This document shows, in pieces, positions 56,969-64,000 of a stretch of 64,000 nucleotides of DNA. Position numbers and translations under genes: made by a program. Source of the DNA: an uncultured Dehalococcoidales bacterium. Lineage in GTDB: Bacteria > Chloroflexota > Dehalococcoidia > GIF9 > AB-539-J10. The stretch spans positions 265 to 64,264 of the forward strand of contig CAZODZ010000003.1 of NCBI GenBank assembly GCA_964578745.1, in the 5' to 3' direction. The first letter of the stretch is position 1. Each line of letters begins with the position of its first letter. Below the pieces are notes generated by a model, which was not told where the DNA came from, made no database searches, and worked only from the letters and a program-made list of their open reading frames with translations.

Positions 56969-59131
56969 ATGCCAAGTATGGACATTGAGGTCTTGCTGAA
57001 GGATGCGGGAGAATATCTCCCTCCTGACAAGATCGAGCTCGTGCGTTCGGCGTATGAGTTTGCGGCCAAGGCGCACGAAGGGCAGGAGAGGGCCTCGGGA
57101 GAGCCATTCCTTGAGCATCCACTGAATGTTGCAGCGACGCTCGTCGAGTTGCAGATGGATGCGCCAACGCTTGCCGCCGCGCTGCTTCACGACGTCATTG
57201 AAGACAGTGATGTATCGCTTGAAGACGTGAAGTCGCGATTCGGCGAGGAGATCGCGAGGCTGGTGGATGGCGTTACGAAGCTGAAGCGACTGACCAGTAA
57301 GAGCGAGGAGAGGGGAGTCGACTCCAAGACGCAGGCGGAGAACCTGCGCAAGCTTCTTGTTGCGGCGGCTGAGGACCTGAGAGTGGTCCTCATCAAGCTC
57401 GCCGACCGGTTGCACAACATGCGTACGCTCGGTGCACTGCCACTTGGTCGCCGCAGGGCAATCGCACGGCAGACGCTTGATGTATACGCACCGCTTGCTC
57501 ACAGGCTGGGACTGCGTCGCACAAAGTGGCAACTTGAGGACCTTGCATTCCGCCACCTCGAACCGAGACAGTACCGCCGGTTCTCTCGGCTGATTTCGAC
57601 CAAACGTGCCGAGCGCGAAGGGTTTGTTCAGGAGGCTATCAGCATCTTGGCTGAGGAATTGAAGCGCGCCGGTATCGATGCCAAGGTGCTGGGGCGACCG
57701 AAACATATTTACAGCACATACCTGAAGGCGCAGCGCTATGTCGAGCAGGGGAAGAGTTTCGGTGACATCCACGACCTGTTTGCCCTGCGCGTGCTGGTTG
57801 AAACGGTGCCTGACTGCTACAAGGCACTTGGTGTTGTCCACAACATATGGCACCCGATGGTGGAGGAGTTCAACGACTACATTGCGAATCCGAAGGAGAA
57901 CGGGTACCAGTCGCTGCATACCACTGTGCTGTGCAAGGGCACCACGCCCATCGAGGTCCAGATACGCACCTATGAGATGAACCAAGTGGCGACCTTCGGC
58001 GTGGCGGCCCACTGGCGCTACAAGGAGGGCGGGCGGCTGGACAAGTCGTCCGATGCCCGCATGGCCTGGCTGCAGGAGCTGGCCGAGCATCGCGACGAGT
58101 TGGATACCGAGCAGTTCATCGAGTCGCTCCGTACCGACATACTCACGGATCAGGTGTTCGTGTACACACCTAAAGGTGAGATCAAGGATCTACCCAAGGG
58201 AGCGACTCCGCTCGATTTCGCCTTTCGCATCCACACGGATCTCGGCTACCGCTGTATCGGTGCCAAGGTGAACGGCAAACTCGTGCAGCTCAACCAGGTA
58301 CTCAACAACGGCGATGTTGTCGAGATAGTCGCGTCGAAAACGGAACGTGGACCCAGTCTCGACTGGTTGAACCCTGAGCTGAGATATCTGAAGACATCGC
58401 ATGCCCGGTCGAAGGTACGTCAGTGGTTCAACAAGCAGGAACGGAGCCAGAGCATTGAGACCGGACGCCAGATGCTGGAGAAAGGGCTCAGCCGGTTGGG
58501 CATTACGACGCCGGCGGCTGACAAACTGGCGTCGAAGCTGGGCTACGCTGGCATAGAAGAGTTCTACCTTGCCATTGGTAGAGGTAGTCTCACGGTCGCG
58601 CAGGTTGCGGCTAAGGTGGGCTCCGGCTTGGAGCGGGGAGAGAAAGGCATAGAGGTCTCTGCTCCCCGCCGCGTAAGCCCCGGGAGTGTCCGTGTGCTCG
58701 GGGTCGGCGACCTCTACACCAGAATGGCCAGTTGTTGTAATCCCTTGCCCGGAGACGAGATAATCGGGTATATTACGCAGGGCCGTGGTGTCACTATCCA
58801 CCGCAAGGACTGCGTAAACGTCCGCAACGAGCAGGAGAAGGAGCGGCTGGTGGCGGTCGACTGGGGTGACGTAACACAGGTCTATCCTGTCAAGCTGCAG
58901 ATCGATGCGTGGGACAGGCCGGGCCTGTTGAGGGACGTAAGTAGTCTGATCGCCGAGGGCGGTGTCAACATAACCGATGTTGACGTCACGAGGGATGACG
59001 GAGGTATCTCGAGCCTCCTTGTTGCTGTTGAGGTAACGAGCACGGCACAGTTGGCGACGCTGATTGCGAAACTGCAGTCGCTGTGGAGTGTCATCAACGT
59101 GGTTAGAAAAGGAGAAGCGATTGTCCGCTAG
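56969..59131 (+). CDS. rel: Bifunctional (p)ppGpp synthetase/hydrolase (RelA/SpoT family, Rel)
   Basis: An HD hydrolase domain (HPLNVAATLVELQMD...HDVIED), a synthetase domain (RPKHIYSTYLK, GYQSLHT), TGS and ACT domains are present. The ORF-track TTG at 56942 is probably not the start. ATG 56969 and ATG 56978 are both possible. Confidence 0.9.
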   Translation: MPSMDIEVLLKDAGEYLPPDKIELVRSAYEFAAKAHEGQERASGEPFLEHPLNVAATLVELQMDAPTLAAALLHDVIEDSDVSLEDVKSRFGEEIARLVDGVTKLKRLTSKSEERGVDSKTQAENLRKLLVAAAEDLRVVLIKLADRLHNMRTLGALPLGRRRAIARQTLDVYAPLAHRLGLRRTKWQLEDLAFRHLEPRQYRRFSRLISTKRAEREGFVQEAISILAEELKRAGIDAKVLGRPKHIYSTYLKAQRYVEQGKSFGDIHDLFALRVLVETVPDCYKALGVVHNIWHPMVEEFNDYIANPKENGYQSLHTTVLCKGTTPIEVQIRTYEMNQVATFGVAAHWRYKEGGRLDKSSDARMAWLQELAEHRDELDTEQFIESLRTDILTDQVFVYTPKGEIKDLPKGATPLDFAFRIHTDLGYRCIGAKVNGKLVQLNQVLNNGDVVEIVASKTERGPSLDWLNPELRYLKTSHARSKVRQWFNKQERSQSIETGRQMLEKGLSRLGITTPAADKLASKLGYAGIEEFYLAIGRGSLTVAQVAAKVGSGLERGEKGIEVSAPRRVSPGSVRVLGVGDLYTRMASCCNPLPGDEIIGYITQGRGVTIHRKDCVNVRNEQEKERLVAVDWGDVTQVYPVKLQIDAWDRPGLLRDVSSLIAEGGVNITDVDVTRDDGGISSLLVAVEVTSTAQLATLIAKLQSLWSVINVVRKGEAIVR

Positions 59132-59402
59132 CAAATCAACCAGAAAGGCTGCCCGTACACAGGAACGTCGGCGTCTGTACAACCGGAGCATTCGGAGGCG
59201 AACCCGAACGATGTTGCGTGCTGCGCGCGAGAGCACGGCTTCCGGCGACGTCGAAAGGGCACAGAACGCCACCAGAGTCGCGATAAGCGCACTCGACCGC
59301 GCAGTCTCCAAAGGCGTTCTACATAAGAACACCGCCGCACGTCTCAAATCGCGGCTCGCCCGCCGGACGCGGGGTCTCATTGCCCATGCGGCTGACTCCT
59401 AG
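59121..59402 (+). CDS. rpsT: 30S ribosomal protein S20
   Basis: TTG at 59121 follows AAAGGAGAAG. The translation (M)SASKSTRKAARTQERRRLYNRSIRRRTRT... is a typical basic S20. The start overlaps the rel stop by 11 nt. The ORF-track start at 59064 is rejected. Confidence 0.7.
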   Translation: MSASKSTRKAARTQERRRLYNRSIRRRTRTMLRAARESTASGDVERAQNATRVAISALDRAVSKGVLHKNTAARLKSRLARRTRGLIAHAADS

Positions 59403-59424
59403 TATCGTCGTGGGCTGCGCGTAC

Positions 59425-59468
59425 AACATACAACAATGGGAGCGATTTCGCTCCCATTGTTGTATGTT
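59425..59468 (+). terminator. Intrinsic terminator downstream of rpsT (perfect 20-bp inverted repeat)
   Basis: AACATACAACAATGGGAGCG attt CGCTCCCATTGTTGTATGTT is followed by TTATCC.... Confidence 0.55.
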
Positions 59469-59618
59469 TATCCCGCCTGTTTCTCTGTAGTTATCGGTCC
59501 AGCGAAGCTGCCTGTCTCAGAACAGTGCCTGGCACCGCCATGGTGGTACTTGCTCTCTGAGGACGGCCGGTACCTCTCCATCCGCGAAAGTTTCGGGACT
59601 GTCTGGAAAGCGCCGGTT

Positions 59619-60533
59619 CTAAGGCTTCAGGATCGTGTACCACTCGGAGTACTTCGGGTTGCGCCCGTAGGCGACTTCGTTGAAGAGTGCCTGTAGCTTC
59701 GCAGTAATCGGGCCTGTATCTCCACTGCCAATCGGTCGATTGTCGACCTCTATGATGGGTGCAACGTTGGTGGCCGTCCCTGTGAAGAAGGCTTCATCGG
59801 CTACGTAAAGCTCGCTGCGGACGATGCTGCGCTCGATCACTTCGATGCCGAGTTCCTTCTTCGCGAGTTGCATCACCGAATCGCGCGTGATACCGAGGAG
59901 GATGCTGTCGGAAGGAGGTGGTGTGACGATCTTCCCCTTGGTAACAATGAAGATGTTCTCGCCGCTGCCCTCAGAGACATGTCCTGCCTCGTTGAGCATT
60001 ATTGCCTCGTCATATCCAGCCCGGTTGGCGTCGGTCTTCGCGAGCGCGCTGTTGACATATATGCCGGTCACCTTCCCGTGCGTCGATATCTGGGTGTCGC
60101 TGACGCGTCTCCATGACGAGGTGCAACACCTGATTCCACCGGTGCCGAGATAGGGAGGAAGCGTGGTCGCGATAACGAACCAGTCATCCTCAAGTCCGTG
60201 AAGCTTGACGCCGATAGCCTCGGATGACTTGTAAGCCAGGGGCCGGCAGTAAACGTTCTGCCTGAAGCCGGATCGCCTCACCGTCTCGACGGTGATATCG
60301 GCCATCTGCTGTTCATTCCAAGGCAGAGAGATATTCAGGATCTTGCAAGCATTCAGCTGGCGGCGATAGTGGTCTTTGACGCGAAAGAGGCAGAACTGCT
60401 CCTTTTCCTCGTCCCAGTTTGCCCGTATGCCGCCGAAGGTGGCGGTCCCGTAATGCAGCGCCTGTGTCAGGATGCCAATCTTGGCATCTTTTAGGGGCAT
60501 GTATTCCCCTCTGAAAAAGGCATAGGGTTCCAT
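59619..60533 (-). CDS. ilvE: Branched-chain-amino-acid aminotransferase
   Basis: 304 aa, a fold-type IV PLP enzyme (GTGGIRCCTSS, EAFFTGTA). An RBS GAGGAGG is upstream on the minus strand. Confidence 0.85.
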   Translation of the reverse strand: MEPYAFFRGEYMPLKDAKIGILTQALHYGTATFGGIRANWDEEKEQFCLFRVKDHYRRQLNACKILNISLPWNEQQMADITVETVRRSGFRQNVYCRPLAYKSSEAIGVKLHGLEDDWFVIATTLPPYLGTGGIRCCTSSWRRVSDTQISTHGKVTGIYVNSALAKTDANRAGYDEAIMLNEAGHVSEGSGENIFIVTKGKIVTPPPSDSILLGITRDSVMQLAKKELGIEVIERSIVRSELYVADEAFFTGTATNVAPIIEVDNRPIGSGDTGPITAKLQALFNEVAYGRNPKYSEWYTILKP

Positions 60534-60672
60534 TCTGTAAATACCTCCTCAGTGCAACTGTTATGGCATCCGTCCCGTGGTGCTGCTCACTGCCCGGAGA
60601 CGGCTATCGCTGTTTGTTTGGTGAGCGTCCGCTCCTCTCACCTCAACTTTCAGTCGGTTAGATGTAAACAGA

Positions 60673-60718
60673 GAAGCCTCCCTTCCGGGAGGCTTCTTCC
60701 TGCTGTTCTATATTTTTC
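60673..60718. terminator. GC-rich hairpin plus T-run in the leuB-ilvE intergenic region. It may be the leuB terminator and/or an ilvE leader element
   Basis: GAAGCCTCCC ttcc GGGAGGCTTC is a 10-bp perfect stem followed by TTCCTGCTGTTCTATATTTTTC. A second perfect 9-bp hairpin lies at 60748-60770 (CGTGCGCAC ctgca GTGCGCACG). Confidence 0.4.
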
Positions 60719-60866
60719 TACCTGCTATTCCGACCGAAAAAGCCTCCCGTGCGCACCTGCAGTGCGCACGATAAGCATAGCTGCTGCCACAACCACTTGA
60801 GGAGACTGAGCGTTCATCACAACCTGCTAATACGAGCATCAATTCTAAGAGCCTCGTCTCCCAGTG

Positions 60867-61964
60867 TCAACCCTTGTCTACGCGTATTCTCCTTGCCACC
60901 TCATCGCCTATCTCTTCTGTAGTGACATCGCGGGTGCCCTTCTGCGAGATATCCGGTGTCCTGAGACCGTCCTCCAGCACGGATACGACGGCTTCCTCAA
61001 TGGCACGGGCCTCCTCTGGGAGCCCGAGTGAGTACCTCAAGAGCATCGCTGCGCTGAGGATGGCTGCAAGGGGGTTGGCTACTCCCTTCCCGGCGATGTC
61101 AGGTGCCGAACCATGAATGGGCTCGTACAGGCCTCGTGTCCTGCCTGTTGGGAGTCCTGACAGGCTTGCCGATGGCAACAGGCCCATGCTGCCCGCGAGT
61201 ACGGCAGCCTCGTCTGTGAATATGTCGCCGAACATGTTTGTCGTCACTATCACATCGAACTGTGTCGGTCTGATCATCAACTGCATTGAGAATGTGTCCG
61301 CAAGCATGTGAGACACTTCGACGTCGGGGTATTCGGACGCAACCTCTGTGGCTACCTGGCGCCACAGCCGGGACGAGATCAGGGCATTGAATTTGTCGAC
61401 CGAGACGACTTTCCTTTGTCGCGTCCTTGCGAGCTCACAGGCGACCCGTACAACGCGCGCTATTTCGTGCTCGGAGTAGTCCTCCGAGTCGACTGCACGC
61501 CTACCTTCCGGTGTGTCCCACCGCTTTTTCGGCTGGCCAAAATAGAGGCCGCCTGTCAACTCACGTACGAACATGATGTCGGCCCCGCGCACAACTTCGG
61601 GTCGCAGCGGGCTCTTGTCGACCAGCATCGGATACGACTTCACGGGCCGCAGATTGGCAAATAGGTTCAACGACTTGCGCAGCCGGAACAAGGCCTGCTC
61701 CGGGCGGACATCGGTCGCCGGGTTGTCCCATTTTGGCCCTCCGACCGCCCCGAACAATATGGCGTCCGACGTCTGGCACATGGCGAGTGTGTCTTCCTCC
61801 AGCGGCGTTCCTGTTGCATCGAGTGCTGCTCCGCCAACCAGTCCCTCCACGTACTTGAACTCGTGCCCGAACTGCTGGCCCACCGCCGAAAGGACTTTTC
61901 TCGCCTCGTTCGTTACCTCGGGCCCGATGCCGTCGCCGGCAAGTACCGCGATGGTGTAACTCAT
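60867..61964 (-). CDS. leuB: 3-isopropylmalate dehydrogenase
   Basis: 365 aa with the IAVLAGDGIGPEV N-terminus and the isocitrate/isopropylmalate dehydrogenase signature (NLFGDIFTDEAA). Confidence 0.9.
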   Translation of the reverse strand: MSYTIAVLAGDGIGPEVTNEARKVLSAVGQQFGHEFKYVEGLVGGAALDATGTPLEEDTLAMCQTSDAILFGAVGGPKWDNPATDVRPEQALFRLRKSLNLFANLRPVKSYPMLVDKSPLRPEVVRGADIMFVRELTGGLYFGQPKKRWDTPEGRRAVDSEDYSEHEIARVVRVACELARTRQRKVVSVDKFNALISSRLWRQVATEVASEYPDVEVSHMLADTFSMQLMIRPTQFDVIVTTNMFGDIFTDEAAVLAGSMGLLPSASLSGLPTGRTRGLYEPIHGSAPDIAGKGVANPLAAILSAAMLLRYSLGLPEEARAIEEAVVSVLEDGLRTPDISQKGTRDVTTEEIGDEVARRIRVDKG

Positions 61965-62464
61965 ACGTTCTGCTCCTCCAAACGTTTCTTTGTGTACGCG
62001 ACGAGTCCTCCAGTGTTGATGATTGCCATCATGAACTCCGGGTACGGCTTTGCCACGTGACGCGTTCCACGGGTCGTGTTCGTGATCTCGCCGCGCTCGA
62101 GGTCGATTTCGAGCACATCTCCGGACTCACACGAGTTTGCTGCCTCGGAGCACTCGAGCAGTGGCAGCCCGATGTCAATTGCGTTCCTGAAGAAGATGCG
62201 TGCGAAACTGTGCGCGATGACGCATGATATGCCTGAAGCCTTGATGGCCAGAGGTGCATGTTCACGGGACGAGCCACAACCGAAGTTGGTTGTGGCAACG
62301 ATTATGTCTCCCGGCTTGACCTTTGCGTGGAAGCCTGGGTCGATGTCCTCCATGCAGTGCTCGGCAAGGAGTTCAGCCTCAAAGACATTCAGGTAGCGTG
62401 CGGGGATAATCACGTCCGTGTTCACGTCCGCGCCATATTTGTGAACATTGCCCATGAGTCTCAT
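61961..62464 (-). CDS. leuD: 3-isopropylmalate dehydratase small subunit
   Basis: 167 aa. It resembles the archaeal-type short LeuD (GDVLEIDLERGEI) and overlaps leuB by 4 nt. Confidence 0.9.
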   Translation of the reverse strand: MRLMGNVHKYGADVNTDVIIPARYLNVFEAELLAEHCMEDIDPGFHAKVKPGDIIVATTNFGCGSSREHAPLAIKASGISCVIAHSFARIFFRNAIDIGLPLLECSEAANSCESGDVLEIDLERGEITNTTRGTRHVAKPYPEFMMAIINTGGLVAYTKKRLEEQNV

Positions 62465-63753
62465 TGTATGTGTGCCTCCCTAGCTGGTGCTACCTCCCAG
62501 GGCGCCGTGATACAGCCTGCTACTGCGCTCGCTGCCGCTACTGCTGGACCTGTGAGGTACACCTCCGACTGAGGGCTGCCCATCCGACCGACAAAGTTCC
62601 GGTTCGTCGTGGAAACGCAGCGTTCCTCTGGCGCGAGGACACCCATGTAGCCGCCGAGGCATGGTCCGCAGGTCGGCGTGCTCACCACCGCGCCAGCCTC
62701 GATGAAAGTGTCGATCAGTCCTTCCCCGATTGCTTGGCGGTACACGCCCTGTGTGCCGGGGATGACGATACACCTCACGTGAGGGTGCACGGACCGCCCT
62801 CTGAGCAGCTGCGCCGCCATGCGCAGGTCGGAGATGCGACCGTTTGTGCAACTGCCGATGACCACCTGGTCTACAGGCAGATGCCCCGCCTTGCTCACTG
62901 GCCTGATGTTCGACGGGAGGTGTGGGAAGGCGACGAGGGGCTCTATCGTCGCTGCATCGTACTCAATGATGCGGGCGTAGTCACTGTCCGAATCTGTGTA
63001 GTACTCTCTTGCGGTGGTACTATCGTAGTTGGGCGGATGCGCAGCGATGTATTCCGTGGTCTTTTCGTCCACCGCGAACAGGCCAGCCTTGCCCCCAGCT
63101 TCGATGGCCATGTTCGCCATGGTGAACCGGCCGTCCATATCCAGGTTGGAGATGGCGTCGCCGCCGAACTCCATGGCGGCGTAGAGAGCCCCGTCGATGC
63201 CAATGTCACCGATGACGTGCAGTATCAGGTCTTTGCCACTCACCCAGGGCTGGAGGTGGCCCCTGAAGACAAACTTGATGGTGGGCGGTACCTTCATCCA
63301 GATGTCTCCGGTTGCCATTGCCATCGCGATATCGGTCGACCCCATTCCGGTGGCAAAGGCGCCGAGCGCACCATAGGTGCACGTGTGTGAGTCCGCACCG
63401 ACGATCACTTGCCCTGGACCTACAAGTCCCTCTTCCGGCAGTAGGACATGCTCGATGCCAGCGCGGCCGCTCTCGTAATACACGCACGCCTGTTCGCGAC
63501 AGAACTCCCGGACAATCTTTGCCTGTATCGCTGAGGGGATGTCCTTGTTGGGCACGAAGTGGTCCGGGACCATCACGACCTTCGACGGGTCGAAGACTCT
63601 CTCCACTCCCAGCTTTCTGAACTCCCTGATGGACAGCGGCCCGGTTATGTCATTTGCCAGGACTATATCCACGCTCACGTTGATGAAGTCGCCGGGCGAG
63701 ACTGAGCCTCGCCCGGAATGAGCCGCGAGGATTTTCTCAGCTATAGTAGCCAT
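62461..63753 (-). CDS. leuC: 3-isopropylmalate dehydratase large subunit
   Basis: 430 aa, an aconitase-family protein with an Fe-S ligand Cys region (GSCTNGR) and the PTCGPCLG motif. Confidence 0.9.
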   Translation of the reverse strand: MATIAEKILAAHSGRGSVSPGDFINVSVDIVLANDITGPLSIREFRKLGVERVFDPSKVVMVPDHFVPNKDIPSAIQAKIVREFCREQACVYYESGRAGIEHVLLPEEGLVGPGQVIVGADSHTCTYGALGAFATGMGSTDIAMAMATGDIWMKVPPTIKFVFRGHLQPWVSGKDLILHVIGDIGIDGALYAAMEFGGDAISNLDMDGRFTMANMAIEAGGKAGLFAVDEKTTEYIAAHPPNYDSTTAREYYTDSDSDYARIIEYDAATIEPLVAFPHLPSNIRPVSKAGHLPVDQVVIGSCTNGRISDLRMAAQLLRGRSVHPHVRCIVIPGTQGVYRQAIGEGLIDTFIEAGAVVSTPTCGPCLGGYMGVLAPEERCVSTTNRNFVGRMGSPQSEVYLTGPAVAAASAVAGCITAPWEVAPAREAHIQ

Positions 63754-64000
63754 CAGGCGCCCTCTCTGATTCCTGGCCGGTTGCCTTCGATGTCAATGGA
63801 CTGCAACTCGCCGCTTGCCTGCTTCGCGAGGATGAGCCTGTTGAGCGCGTTCATGTACGCCTTGGCACTGGCTACTACGATGTCTGTTGAGGCGCCCCGC
63901 CCGGTGTACATTCTTCCGTCACTCTCGATGCGGATGAGCACTTCCCCGATGGCGTCGAAGCCTTCCGTGTTTGCGTTGATGTTGAACTCGACCAGCGTGT
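63753..64000 (-). CDS. leuA: 2-isopropylmalate synthase, C-terminal (regulatory LeuA-dimer domain) portion; gene continues beyond the window
   Basis: The frame is open to the window edge. The C-terminus ...[51 protein letters not shown] matches the LeuA allosteric domain. The stop overlaps the leuC start. Confidence 0.6.
   Translation of the reverse strand, partial: TLVEFNINANTEGFDAIGEVLIRIESDGRMYTGRGASTDIVVASAKAYMNALNRLILAKQASGELQSIDIEGNRPGIREGA

Noticed and set aside
56894-59380. Two roughly 400-aa minus-strand ORFs (56894..58090, 58190..59380) antisense to rel
   Set aside because: rel is unambiguous on the plus strand. The antisense ORFs have no start context or motifs.
62464-63390. 308-aa plus-strand ORF antisense to leuC
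   Set aside because: It is antisense to the conserved aconitase-family leuC, so it is an artefact.
1-64000. tRNA, rRNA, CRISPR arrays, prophage or transposon genes
   Set aside because: Visual inspection of the intergenic spaces found no tRNA-like cloverleaf candidates, no regularly spaced direct repeats, and no transposase, integrase or phage structural genes. A tRNAscan/cmscan run would be needed to exclude small RNAs formally.

Overview
This is a high-GC (about 60-65%) bacterial chromosomal segment that is densely coding and origin-proximal. It carries dnaA, gyrB, rsmG (gidB), nadD and fmt, and an AT-rich gap next to dnaA may be oriC, although dnaN and recF are not adjacent to dnaA as they usually are. 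Core genes present are hisS, lysS, serS, rel (a relA/spoT-family ppGpp synthetase/hydrolase), rpsT, mutL, pcrA/uvrD, rnhB, mnmA, tmk, pdxS, asd, speE/speH, ilvE, leuBDC and a partial leuA. Metabolic modules are an indolepyruvate:ferredoxin oxidoreductase (iorAB) beside a meta-cleavage-type hydratase, and an acetoacetyl-CoA node made of a thiolase, an HMG-CoA synthase fused to a DUF35 domain, hbd and an SDR. There are also a nitrilase and an AMP-forming acyl-CoA synthetase. The most unusual region is a minus-strand cluster encoding a SAM methyltransferase, a GH3-family acyl-acid amido synthetase and a multi-TM GAF/PAS histidine kinase with no cognate response regulator, flanked by a second methyltransferase. 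Other notable items are an orphan CbbQ/NorQ-type MoxR ATPase with an overlapping VWA partner behind an MFS transporter, and a tandem pair of about 400-aa polytopic membrane-protein paralogs. No rRNA, tRNA, CRISPR array, transposase or integrase was recognised. Many long antisense ORFs in the six-frame track look like GC-driven artefacts.
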